A DNA stretch of 64,000 nucleotides from the human T2T-CHM13v2.0 reference genome, Homo sapiens. The notes under the pieces are model-generated. The model did not search any database, was not told the DNA's origin, and saw only the letters and a list, made by a program, of their open reading frames with translations. The translations under genes were made by a program, and so were the position numbers. Below, piece by piece: positions 24,399 through 38,296 of this stretch (positions within the stretch are counted from its first letter, which is position 1; every line of letters begins with the position of its first letter). Location of the stretch: NCBI RefSeq assembly GCF_009914755.1, contig NC_060928.1; one strand, written 5' to 3'.

Positions 24399-26631
24399 TG
24401 TACTAATCCACTCTAATGCTGCTAATAAAGATATACGCAAGACTGGATAATTTATAAAGAAAAGAGGTTTAATTGACTCATGGTTCCACCTTGCTGGGGA
24501 AGCCTCAGGAAACTTACAATCTTTGGGGAAGGTACCTCCTCACAGGATGGTAGAAGGGAGAATGAGTGCCAAGCAAAGGGAGAAGCCCCTTATAAAGCCA
24601 TCAGATCTTGTGAGAACTCACTCACTATCATGAGAACAGCATGAGGGAAATGGCCCCCATTATTTAATTATCTCCACTGGTCCTGCCCTTGACGTGTGGG
24701 GATTATTACAATTGAAGGCAAGATTTGGGTGGGGACACAAAGAAATACCATATTATTCTGCCCCTGCCACCTCCCAAATCTCATGTCCTCACATTTCAAA
24801 ACACATCTTGCCCTTCCAATAATCCCCCAAAGTCTTAACTCATTAACCCAAAAGTTCAAGTCCAGAGTCTCATCTGAGACTCGGCAAATCCCTTCCACCT
24901 CTGAGCCTGTGAAATCAAAAGCCGGTTACTTCCTAGATACAATGAGGGTGGAGGCATTGGGTAAATACATTTATTCCAAATAGGAGAAATTAGCCAAAAC
25001 AAAGGGGTCATGGGCCCCATGCAAGTCCAAAGTCCAGTAAAGCAGTCATTAAACCTTAAAGTACCAAAATTATCTCCTTTGACTCCATGTCTCACATGTA
25101 GATAATCTTGATGCAAGGGGTAGGCTCCCATGGCCTTGGGTGGCTCCACCCTTGCGGCTTTGCAGTCTATAGCCCCTCTCCTGACTGCTTTCATGACTGG
25201 CATTGAGTGTCTGTGGCTTTTTCAGGCTCTGTGTTGCAAGCTGTCATATCTACCATCTGGGATCCGGAGGACAGTGGCCTTCTTTTCACAGTTCCACTAG
25301 GCAGTGCCCCAGCAGGAACTCAGTGTGGGGGCTTTGACCCCACAATTCCCTTCCTCACTGGCATAGCATAGGTTCCCCATGAGGTCTTCATCACTGCAGC
25401 AAACTTCTGCCTGTACAACCAGGTGTTTCCATACATCCTCAGGAATCTAGGTGGAGGTTCCTCAACCTCATTCTTGACTATTGTGCACCTGCAGACCTAA
25501 CACACATATAAGCCACCAAGGCTTGGGACTTGCAATCTCTGAAGCAACAGCCAGAGATGTACATTGGCCCCATTTAGCCACAGCTAGAGCTGAAGCATCT
25601 GGGATGCAGGGCACTATGTTCCAAGGCTGCACAGAGCAGGTGGGCCATGGGCCCAGCCCACAAAACCACTTTTCCATCCTAAGACTCCAGGCCTGTGATG
25701 GAAGGGGCTGCCATGAAGGTCTCTGACATGCCCTGGAGACATTTTTCTTGTCATCTTGGCGATTAACATTTGGCTCCTCGTTACTTACGCAAATTTGTTC
25801 AGGAGCCAGAATTTCTCCCAGAAAATGGGTTTTTCTTTTGTATCATATTGTCAGGCACAAATTTTCCAAACTTTTATACTGTGCTTTCTCTGGAATGCTT
25901 TGGCACTTAGAAATTTGTTCTTCCAGAAAACCTAAATCATCTCTCTCAAGTTCACTATTTCACAGATCTCTAGGGCTGGGGCAAAATCCCACCAGTCTCT
26001 TTGTTTAAAGCATAGGAAGAGTCACCTTTGCTCCAGTTTCCAACAAGTTCCTCATCTCCATCTGAGACCACCTCAGCCTGGACATCATTGTTCATATTGT
26101 TATCGCATTTTGGTCAAAGCCACTTAACAAGTATCTAGGAAGTTCCAGACTCTCCCACAATTTCCTGTCTTCTTCTGAGCCCTCTAAATTGTTCCAAACT
26201 CTGTCTGTTACTCAGTTCCAAAGTTGCTTCCACATTTTTGGGTTTCCTTGTAGCAGTGCTCCACTCTCCTAGCACCAATTTATTGTATGAGTCTGTTCTC
26301 ACACTACTAATAAGACATATCTGAGACTGGGTAATTTATAAAGAGGTTTAATTGACTCACTGTTTCGCATTGTGGGGAGGCCTTAGGAAACTTACAATAA
26401 TGGTGGAAGGCACCTCTTTGCAGGGTGGTAGGAAGGAGAATGTGTGCCAAGTGAAAAAAGAAGCCCCTTATAAAACCATCTGATCTTGTGAGATCTCACT
26501 ATCATGAGAATGGCATGGGGGAAACCGCCCCCACAATTCAATTATCTCCACAAGGTTCTGACCTTGACATGTGGGGACTCTTACAATTCCAGGAGAGATT
26601 TGGGTGGGGGGAACAGAGCCAAAGCATATCA
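24399..26631 (-). mobile_element. Full-length THE1 (C/D-like) MaLR provirus: LTR 24399-24755, internal 24756-26283, LTR 26284-26631
   Basis: Two ~350-bp LTRs (TGTA...CATAT[T/C]A) flank ~1.5 kb of THE1-int. The 5-bp TSD is GTCTA/GTTTA, and the host L1 reads AAAGGTCTA|ATATCCAGC across the insertion. Confidence 0.92.
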
Positions 26632-27001
26632 GTTTAATATCCAGCATCTATGAAAAACAAACACTTCCCTTAAAAAATGGGCAAAGGACGTGAATAGACA
26701 CTTTTTTTAAAAAAAGATTTGGCCAAGAAGCATAGGAAAAAATAGTCAACATCACTAGTCATTAGAAACATGCAAATCAAAACCACAATGAGATACTGTC
26801 TCACATCATTCAGAATGGCCATTAAAAAAAAAAAAAAACAGATACTGGAGAGGTTATAAAAGGTCTACTTATGCATTGCTGGTGGGAATGTAAATTAGTT
26901 CAGCCCTTGTGGAAAGTAGTTTGGCATTTTCTCAAAGAACTTAAAACAGAATTGCCATTTGACTCAGCGATCCATTGTCAGATATATAACCAAAGGAAAA
27001 T

Positions 27002-28837
27002 AAGCATTCCTGTATATGAACAATAGACAAGCAATGATCCAAATCATGAATGAACTCCCATTCACAATTGCTACAAATAATAAAATACCTAGAAATACAG
27101 CTAACAAGGGATGCAGAGGATCTCTTCAAGGAGAACTACAAACCACTGCTCAAGGAAATAAGAGAGGACATAAACAAATGAAAAAAAATTCCATCCTCAT
27201 GGATAGGAAGATTGAATATTGTGAAAATGGCCATACTGCCCGAAGTAATTTTTAGATTCAATGCTATTCCCATCAAACATTATTGACATTATTCACAGAA
27301 TTAGAAAAGAACTACTTTCAATTTCATATAGAACCAAAAAAAGAGCTCATATAGCCAAGACAGTCCTAAGCAAGAAAAACACAGCTGAAGGCATCATGCT
27401 ACCTGACTTCAAATTATACTACACGGCTACAGTAACCAAAACAGCATGGTACTGGCACCAAAACAGACATATGGACAAATGGAAAAGAATAGAAACCTCA
27501 GAAATAACACCACATATCTACAGGCATCTGATCTTAAACAAACTGGACAAAAACAAGCAATGGGGAAATAATTACCTACTTAATAAATGGTGCTGGGAAA
27601 ACTGGCTAGCAATATGCTAAAAACTGAAACTGGACTCTTTCCTTACACCTTATGCAAAAGTTAACTCAAGATGGGGTAAAGACTTAAATGTAAAACCCAA
27701 AACCATAAAAACTCTAGAAGAAAACCCAGGAAATACCATTCAGGACATATGCATGGGCAAATACTTCATGACGAAAACGTCAAAAGCAATTGCAACAAAA
27801 ACCAAAACTGACAAATGGGATCTAATTAAAGAGCTTCTGCACAGCAAAAGAAACTATCAGCAGAATGAACAGGCAACCTACAAAATGGGAGAAAAATTTT
27901 GCAATCTACCCATCTGACAAAGATCTAATATCCAGAATCTACAAGGAACTTAAACAAACTTACAAGAAACAAACAAACAATTAAAAGGTGGGCAAAGGAT
28001 ATGAACAGACACTTCTAAAAAGAAGACATTTATGCAACGAACAACAAACATATGAAAAAAGGCTCAACATATCACTGATCATGAGAAAATGCAAATCAAA
28101 ACCACAATGAGATACCATCTCATGCCAGCCAGAATGGTGATTATTAAGAAGTTAAGAAACACTAGATGCTTGCGAGGCTGTGGAGAAATAGGAAAGCTTT
28201 TACCCTGTTGGCAGGAATGTAAATTAGTTCAATCATTGTGGAAGGCAGTGTGGCGATTCCTCAAGGATCTAGAACCAGAAATACTGTTTGACCCAGAAAT
28301 CCTATTACTAGGTATATACCCAAGGGAATATAAATCATTCTATTCTAGAGACACACATGTATGTATGTTTATTGCAGCACTATTTACAATAGGAAAGACA
28401 TGGAACCAATCCAAATGCCCATCTATGATAGACTGGGTAAAGAAAATGTGGTACATATACACCATGAAATACTATGCAGCCATAAAGAGGATGAGATCAT
28501 TTCCTTTTCAGGGACATGGATGAAGCTGGAAGCCATCATCCTCAGCAAACTAACACAGGAACAGAAAAGCAAATACTGCGTGTTCTTACTCATAACTGAG
28601 AGTTAAACAATGAGAACACCTGAACACAGGGAAGGGTAAAACACACACACCGGGGCCAGTTCGGGGGTGCGGGCCGAGAAAAGGGAGAGCATTAGGACAA
28701 ATAGCTAATTGATGTGGGGCTTAAAACCTAGATGACAGGTTGATAGGTGCAGCAAACCACCATGGCACACATATATCTTTGTAACAAACCTACACGTTCT
28801 GCACTTGTATCCCGGAACTTAAAGTTTAAAAAAAAAA
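27002..28837 (+). mobile_element. 5'-truncated L1PA8-like element nested in the L1PA15/16
   Basis: Track ORFs 27261-27620 and 28089-28523 are ORF2 C-terminal pieces. The 3'UTR AGCATTAGGACAAATAGCTAAT...GGGGCTTAAAACCTAGATGA is followed by poly(A). Confidence 0.88.
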
Positions 28838-29349
28838 TGTGCCTTAAAGACATAGGCATGCATGTGTTCATTGTGGCAGTATTCACAATGGCAAATACAT
28901 AGAATCAGCGTAAATGCCCTTCAATGGTAGACTGGATAAAGAAAATGTGGTACATATACACCAGGGAATGCTCTGCAGCCATAAATAAGAATGACATTAT
29001 GTCTTTTGAAACAACATGGAAGGAACTGGAGGCCATTATCTTAAGCAAAATAAAACAGAAACAGAAAAAATAATACCACATGTTCTCACTTTTACGTAGG
29101 AGCTGAAATGTTGAGTACATAAGGACACAGAGAAGGGAATCATAGCCACTAGGTCCTATTTGATGGTGGAAGATGAGAGGAGTGTGAGGATTGAAAAGCT
29201 ACCTTTCAGGTACTATGCATATTACCCGGCTAATGAATTAATCTGCACACCAAATTCCTGAGACATGCAATTTACCTGTATAACAAATCTGCAAATGTAC
29301 CCCTGAATCTAAAATAAAAGTTAAAAAACTACTGAAAGGTAAACATTTT

Positions 29350-30312
29350 ATTACCAGTTCAATTTTGTTACTTGTTATTGTTTTTTTCAACTTTTCTGTT
29401 TGTTCCTGATTCAATCTTGGTAGGTTGTATGTGTCCAGGCATGTATCCATTTTCTCTAGTTTTCCTATTTGTTGGCCTATAGTCATTCATATTAGTTTTT
29501 AATAATCTGTTGTATCTTTGTGGTTTCACTTGTAAAGTCTCTTTTTGTTTCAGTTTTAGTTATTTGAGTCCTTTCTTTATTTCTTAGTCTAGCTAATCAT
29601 TTGTTGATTTAATCATTTTAAATCACCAACTTTTTAATTTTTTTGATCTTTTATATTTTTAAATCTCTCTTTCAATTATTTCTGTTCTGGTTTTTGTTAT
29701 TTGTTTTCTTCTGCTAATTTTGGGTTTGGTTCACTCTAGCTTTTCTTGTTCCTTAAGAATTGTTAGGTTCTTTATTTGAAATCTTTCTAATTTTTGATGT
29801 AGGCACTTATCGGTACATTATTGCTATACTATTTGTTACATGGAGTAATATTAGAGTAAAATTCCCTCTTAGTGCTGATTTTACTGTATCCCATAGGTTT
29901 TGATAGGTTAAATTTCCATTTTCATTTGTCTTAAGAAATTTTTAAATTTCTTTCTTAATTTCTCCATTGACCCATTGGTCATCCTGGAGAATGTTTAATT
30001 TCCGTGTGTTTTGTATTTATACAGTTTCCAAAATTCTTGTTATTAATTTCTAGTTTTATTTCTTCATAGTCTGAAAAGACACTTGATACAATTTTGATTT
30101 TTAAAAATTTGTAAAGACATGTTTTGTTGTCTAACATATAGTCTAGTCTGGAGATGATTTCATGTGGTGATGAAAAGAATGTGTATTCTCTTGCTGCTGG
30201 ATGAAATGTCTTGTAAATGTCTGTTAATTTCATCTGGTCTATAGTGCAGTTTACAATAGTCGTTTATTGATTTTCTATCTAGATCTGTCCAATGTTGAGA
30301 ATGGAGTGTTGG
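29350..30312 (-). mobile_element. L1MA ORF2 (endonuclease/linker) fragment
   Basis: Track ORFs 29979-30233 (LTDIYKTFHP...FSDYEEIKLEIN) and 29238-29486 (LDTYNLPRLNQE). Confidence 0.8.
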
Positions 30313-31794
30313 TGTAAGAATTTGATAAATAAAGTGGTAAAATTATTACACTTTACTCTGTGTTTAGATAGAGTTTAGACTTTATATGTTATCATCTGTT
30401 TGTTTTTGCCATTGATTTCAAATTTCTCGTAAACCTAACCATTTAATATTACTACTGAAAAGCTATTTGCAAGTTTGTGTTTCTTGCTTCTCTTAAACAT
30501 TACCTTTTGAAAAAGCTACAATTATTGTTTAAAAGACTGACAGTAGGATGGAAAATAAGAGGAACTTGTTGATAAAGCTTGTAATTAATTTTAAATATTT
30601 AAAAGTTGGTTTAGTAGTCAATCATAGAGTAATAATGAAGAAAATGAAACAAAGCTTTTCTTTTATTATTTGTTTAAATAATTTACAGTTAGAATAATTT
30701 ATAGCTGGCATAGTTCTTTAATATCCAATTACTTTGAGTTAAATAAATTTCAAAATTAAACTTTAAATATATGAATATAAAAGAAAACTGCAGACATAAA
30801 ATACTTTACTTTTTCTTCTAGATCCATTGTTGATGAAAATATAATCGGCTTTTGGTCTGAGATGTAGGCAAAGCAGAATTATAAGAAAAATTAAAGAAAA
30901 TTAACTCACCCTCCAAATATTGCCACTGGCCAAGAAATAAAGGTGGCTTTTCTTATTGCTTTAAGAGGTGCCAGAATGTTGCAGAAAGGCCCCTTCTTAG
31001 AAATAGCCCTGAGTCAAATTCATTTTGGTATAAACAGCATTTTAGATAAATGATTTTCTCATTCTTATTCTGAAATTTGAAAGATCATAATAAGAATAAT
31101 CACCTTTGAAAAAAGGTGTTTTTATTTTGCTTACTGGGCTTTTTCTGACTTTTTTTTTTCAATTAATGGAGCTCTGTGCATAGGAAGATAAAAGATACTG
31201 GGTGTTGTGTCAAATTAATCTATATGATTTATTACAAATGTGAGAATGACCCCTAATCATGTAGGGTCAGAAAGCATGGACAAAATGGTTTGTGTGGCAC
31301 TACCTGACTCACCAACCTTTCGTTCTCAGGATTTTAAAATCACTTTCTGGAACTCTTGAGGACACCATTAACCCAAAATCAGCACTACATTCCCTGCCTC
31401 TGGCTTTTATCTTCAGCTGCCTTATTTTCTTTCAAAATATTTACAAAAGTGATGATGAAAACAGTTGATCAAAGAATAGCTTAGATGGGCTTTGGCTAAT
31501 AAAACATTTTGTTAAATGACATTGGATTGGATTTTATTACTAAAACACATATTTTATGAAATAATCACGTAGTTAACACACAAACTTTATCGCCATTTCT
31601 GAAAAGAAAATTTCAAAGAAGAGAAGCAGGAGGAAGAAAAATAGTTACTAACTAGGGTTATTGTAACGAAAAAGTGAATATTCACAGGGCTAAACAAATT
31701 ATGACAGGAGTCAAAAACCAACAAAATAGAACTATCAAGCTGGTTATTTAGTATCAAGTTAAAAACAATCATATTTGATTGACTTTTTACATAA

Positions 31795-32060
31795 ATCAAT
31801 GACCAAAGACCACTGGGGATATATCTGTAGTTGAAAAGCCTGGATTTACACTAATTGCAGTGAGGAATAATGCACATCATGGTGAACTCAGGTGTATGCC
31901 AGTAAGAGGGTATAGGATTTGGTTTATGTTAAGGGATTTGGGGAAGATTTAAGAAAACAGGGCTATGCTTAGAATTGAATGTTGTCGGGAAGTAAGGCAA
32001 TTCTGATTTGATACATGAATAAAGATTATCTAGAAAGAGAGAAAATCAAGCTCAGACTAA
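31795..32060. mobile_element. Ancient LTR fragment, family uncertain
   Basis: G-rich block (TATAGGATTTGG...AAGGGATTTGGGGAAG) resembling old ERV LTRs read in reverse. Confidence 0.35.
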
Positions 32061-32487
32061 AATATTTGAGAATTAAGTGAAATAATAGATTCAAAGGGAT
32101 TAATGAAAATCTTGCACAATATAATTTGCTTATTTGCTTACTTCATTAGTCACAAAATTTTTGAAAAATACTTGAGATGTGCCTGTTTCTATAACCTGTA
32201 TTTGTAAAAGTTCTTACCATCTGTATAAAATTTACTAATTTTTAATGATGTTATATGTCAAATCAAAACTAATCCTTCCTTTCACAGAATTTGTTTCAAG
32301 TCTTTATAAGAATGGCAGTATGTGAACTGACAAAAATGATTTAAATTGTTACTGTATGCTTTCCATACAATACTTTACATAATGTGTAATATATCAAAAA
32401 CATATTTGGCATTATAGAGATATGAAAGACATGTAGCACTTAAAGTATATCTCAGGGGATGTTTCTGGAAATAGCATATATTGTTCT

Positions 32488-32700
32488 TCAGTGGTGAAAG
32501 GATGACATTAAAGTCAGACAATCCTGGAATTGTATCTCTGCCATTTACCAAGGTTGAGATCTAAAATGAATTATCTCATTCACTAAGCTTCATCTCCTGG
32601 CCTATAAAATGACATCTGTAACATTTACTTTACAGACAATTTTTGGGGAACTCGTGAAATAATGTATGTACCATACCTAACACACAGCACTCATTTCATG
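32488..32700 (+). mobile_element. MIR SINE
   Basis: AGTCAGACA...CTCTGCCATTTACCA...CTATAAAATG...GAAATAATGTATGTA, the MIR core. Confidence 0.65.
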
Positions 32701-32976
32701 GTAACTATTATTTTATTAATAAGTACTTTATCATAGGGGCAGAATGGTGTAGAAAAAGGATGGTAGATATGTTTTTGATTTTCTGTTTCTTGGTGTACAG
32801 AGATTACTATTTTGCGTGCACAATGACCCTGTCCCGAATAAAACGAAGAATGTGTTCTTAGGGTCTCATTCAATGCCACACTAAATAAATGATGGCCTAT
32901 CACTTTAGATTTAATTTTTTTTCATGTTTCACAAGATCTGAAACCAGAAATAGAGTCTTGGAAAGAACAATAACTT

Positions 32977-33283
32977 GGTCAGGTGCAGTGGCTCACGCCT
33001 GTAATCCCATTACTTTTGGAGGCTGAGGCGGGTGGATCCCCTGAGGTTAGGAGCTTAAGACCAGCCTGGCCAACATGATGAGACCCCATCTCTACTAAAA
33101 ATACAAAAATTAGCCGGACGTGGTGGTAGGCGCCAGTAATCCCAGCTACTTGAGAGGTTGTGGCGGGAAAATCACTTGAACCCGTGAGGTGGAGGTTGCA
33201 GTGAACTGAGATTGTGTGGCACTGCACTCCAGCCTGGTTGACAGAGGGAGACTCCATCTTAAAACAAAAGGAAAAAAAAAAGA
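32977..33283 (+). mobile_element. AluS SINE
   Basis: Dimeric Alu with a TACTAAAAATACAAAAATTA linker and A tail. A degenerate TSD reads AAAGAACAATAACTT / AAAAAACAGTAACGT. Confidence 0.95.
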
Positions 33284-33562
33284 AAAAAACAGTAACGTGA
33301 TAGATTCGTCCTGTTGATTTTCAACCTAAGCAAATCACATACATATGACAGCCTGGGAGGGGTAATTCATACATATGATTAAGTGTAATATTGATGACTG
33401 AGTTTTCCACTCCAGTAATAGAGTAGAGGAAGAAGAAAAAATAACTGATTAATTCATAAAGTTATTTATCATTTGGATTTGGATTACAATCTGGATACGC
33501 AACAATAGGAAACACAGTCCTACAAAAAAAGCAGTTCTTCCTGTCTTGGTTCTTTACTTCTA

Positions 33563-33675
33563 GTATTCATGTATGCATTCAACAATATATTTTAACATGT
33601 ATTGTGTAATAGGAACTAATATGAGAAGTTTTACTTGAACAAAACAGATGAAACTCTTATGGAGCTTACAGTGTG
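33563..33675 (-). mobile_element. L2 3' end fragment
   Basis: ATTCATGTATGCATTCAACAATATATTT...TGAACAAAACAGA...TGGAGCTTACAGT. Confidence 0.55.
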
Positions 33676-34514
33676 TAACCTCAAACCACATATAGCAACA
33701 CTGAAGGAAACCATGTTATGGCATGGTGGCTGACCTACTCATAAAGAGAAAAACAATTGAGTATAGAGTAAAAATGTAAAGATTTGATACCTTATTATTA
33801 TTCTCCTTTTTAGCTAAAATAATTTAAAAGGCAATAAATTACCAGCCTTTGATGACTTTGGGCCCTTTCTTTGTTGTCATAGATATATATATATATTATA
33901 TAGAGATGTAGATATAGACCAGCAACAGCTGTTGCATAGATTTAAACTTATAATCAAAAGTTAACATCATCTTAAACAATTGTAAAAAATATAGGTATTT
34001 GAAAAGTTCATAACGAAGTATAATTTCAAAATCCAGTATCTTAGATAAGGCTTCATCTTTTTTATCTTCATTATTACAATAATCTACTAACCAGTCTCCT
34101 GTCACCTATTGGGATTATCTCCTTTTAATAAATTATTTAATGAAAAAATTCTAATATCACTGAAACAATCAACATTATGTCAGCTTTTACATAAAATCCT
34201 ATATTAGCTTCCTGGAATCACATTAATAAATCAAACATTCCTAGCTTTGGCTTACACCTTGCCATTTTCCAATCAGATTCATGTCTTGCTAGAAATCTTA
34301 GATCAAGCCTTGCTGGTGGACTCTCCACACTCTATATTTTCTCTCACCAAATCTAATTTGTGCATTAGACTCAGTTTGGATTTCAATTCTTCTATGCAGT
34401 TTTTCCTACTTGCATAGTACCTCCTCATTATCCCTTGTCCCACAGGCTAGATTAAAGACTTTGTAACCCTCACATTGTTTTCCTCTAACTAGTACTTGCC
34501 ATAGTTAAATGCAT

Positions 34515-36870
<2,356 letters not shown>

Positions 36871-37871
36871 TTTGGTATAAAATACATATTTTTTGAATAA
36901 GTGAATTAATGTATGAAAAAACAAACAAATATCAACGTATAATTCCACTAGCAATACTCAATTCTGTATTCAAAACCTTTAGCCTCATAATTGTTTCAGA
37001 ATTCAGAACTGTTTAGACAGATACTATGTTCAGAAAAGTAAATGGTACAAATGCTACAGGTTATATAAACATTCAGTGCTTGCTGGGATAAAAGTAATAA
37101 AATAGGTTAATATTCTAATATTAACCTAGTAATTACCATGTTTCATATGTTTTAAGTATGTTCATTTCCTAGGTGAAAGATATATCTCAAAGTTTCCAAC
37201 CTTGTGTATTTTTCCAAGAAAGAGATACGTTTTTCTTTAGGAATGACAAGACCTCTTGAATGTTTTCTTTACTAAGTTATCCAATAGTAAACTTATGTTC
37301 TCCTCCAAATTTTTAATGATATTTCTGTATGTGGTAATGATATTAATCACCTTGCTTATTAAACAGAAGTAATTTAAAATATGTTTCTCTTTTAATTGTT
37401 ATTTTAATATTTAACACAATTTATCTTTAAAAGTGATCTTTTAAAGTTATATGTATACATGTAATAAATGTATACAAGTAGACTTTTTCTATTATTCTGA
37501 GACCAATATTTCAAAACCAGATTCTGGAATTTCTTTTGGAATAGATCTCAATTTTCTCCCATACATGTTACTCTTTCAATTCATTCCTTTCATTCATTTA
37601 TTCATTGATTGTGTTAAATGGAAGGTGATTTGTTGGACACACCAATGCTCCTGACACATGCTATTCACTTGGAGCAGCTCCTCTTATGTGGCACATTCAC
37701 AGTGCAACGGTAAGTCATTTCACCATCTTTATGCTTATTAAAATTAGATCTAATCACTAGAACCCTCATAGCTAACTTACAGAAAGGATAGATTTTGTGT
37801 GTTTGTGAGTGTTGCAGGTTACATCAATGCTACTATGATATGGTCTTTAAAACTTTTTACCATAAAGACAT

Positions 37872-38296
37872 TCTGTTAGTCCCTTTGCATTGTTCTAGAT
37901 GAATACCTGAGGCTGAGTAATATATAAAGAAAAAAAGGTGGCTTTTTTTTTTTTTTTTTGGCTCGCAGTTCTGCAGGCTGTGAGAGAAACATAGCCTCTG
38001 CTCCTGGGGAGGCCTCAGGAAGTTTACAATCATGGCAGAAGACAAAGGGGAGCCAGCACATCACATGGCCAGAGGAGAAAGAGAGAGAGAAGGGGGAGGC
38101 CCCAGCCTCTTTTAAACAATCAATCTCATGCGAACTAATTGAGGGAGAACTCACTCATCACCAAGAGGATGATGCTAAATCATTCATGAGGGATCCACCC
38201 CCATAATCCAATCACCTCTCAACAAGTCCCAACTCCAACATTGAGAATCACATTACAACTTGAGATTTGGAGGGAGCAAACATCCAAACTATATTA
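37872..38296 (-). mobile_element. MSTB-like solo LTR with 5-bp TSD GACAT
   Basis: GAATACCTGAGGCTG...GAGGCCTCAGGAAGTTTACAATCATGGCAGAAG...CATCCAAACTATATTA. The TSD is at 37867-37871 and 38297-38301. Confidence 0.9.

Larger units (their letters stand above)
23296..29329 (+). mobile_element. Sense 3' segment of the same L1PA15/16, interrupted by THE1 and L1PA8 insertions
   Basis: Starts TCAGGCAAGAAAAAGAAATAAAAGGCATCC and ends TGTACCCCTGAATCTAAAATAAAAGTTAAAAAA. TSD TACTGAAAGG is at 21246-21255 and 29330-29339. Confidence 0.88.

Noticed and set aside
24668-26008. Cluster of 70-115 aa ORFs
   Set aside because: They lie in the THE1 LTR or internal region and are fragmented MaLR ORF remnants or chance frames.
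27016-28606. Several ORF2-like ORFs suggesting a reverse transcriptase gene
   Set aside because: A 5'-truncated L1 with multiple stops and frameshifts.
30911-31069. Possible minus-strand coding exon bounded by AG and GTGAGT
   Set aside because: The frame I translated has a stop and no recognisable protein, so a coding role is unsupported.
32979-33257. 92-aa ORF and similar ORFs at 41221-41431 and 45951-46545
   Set aside because: These are translations of Alu sequence, not genes.
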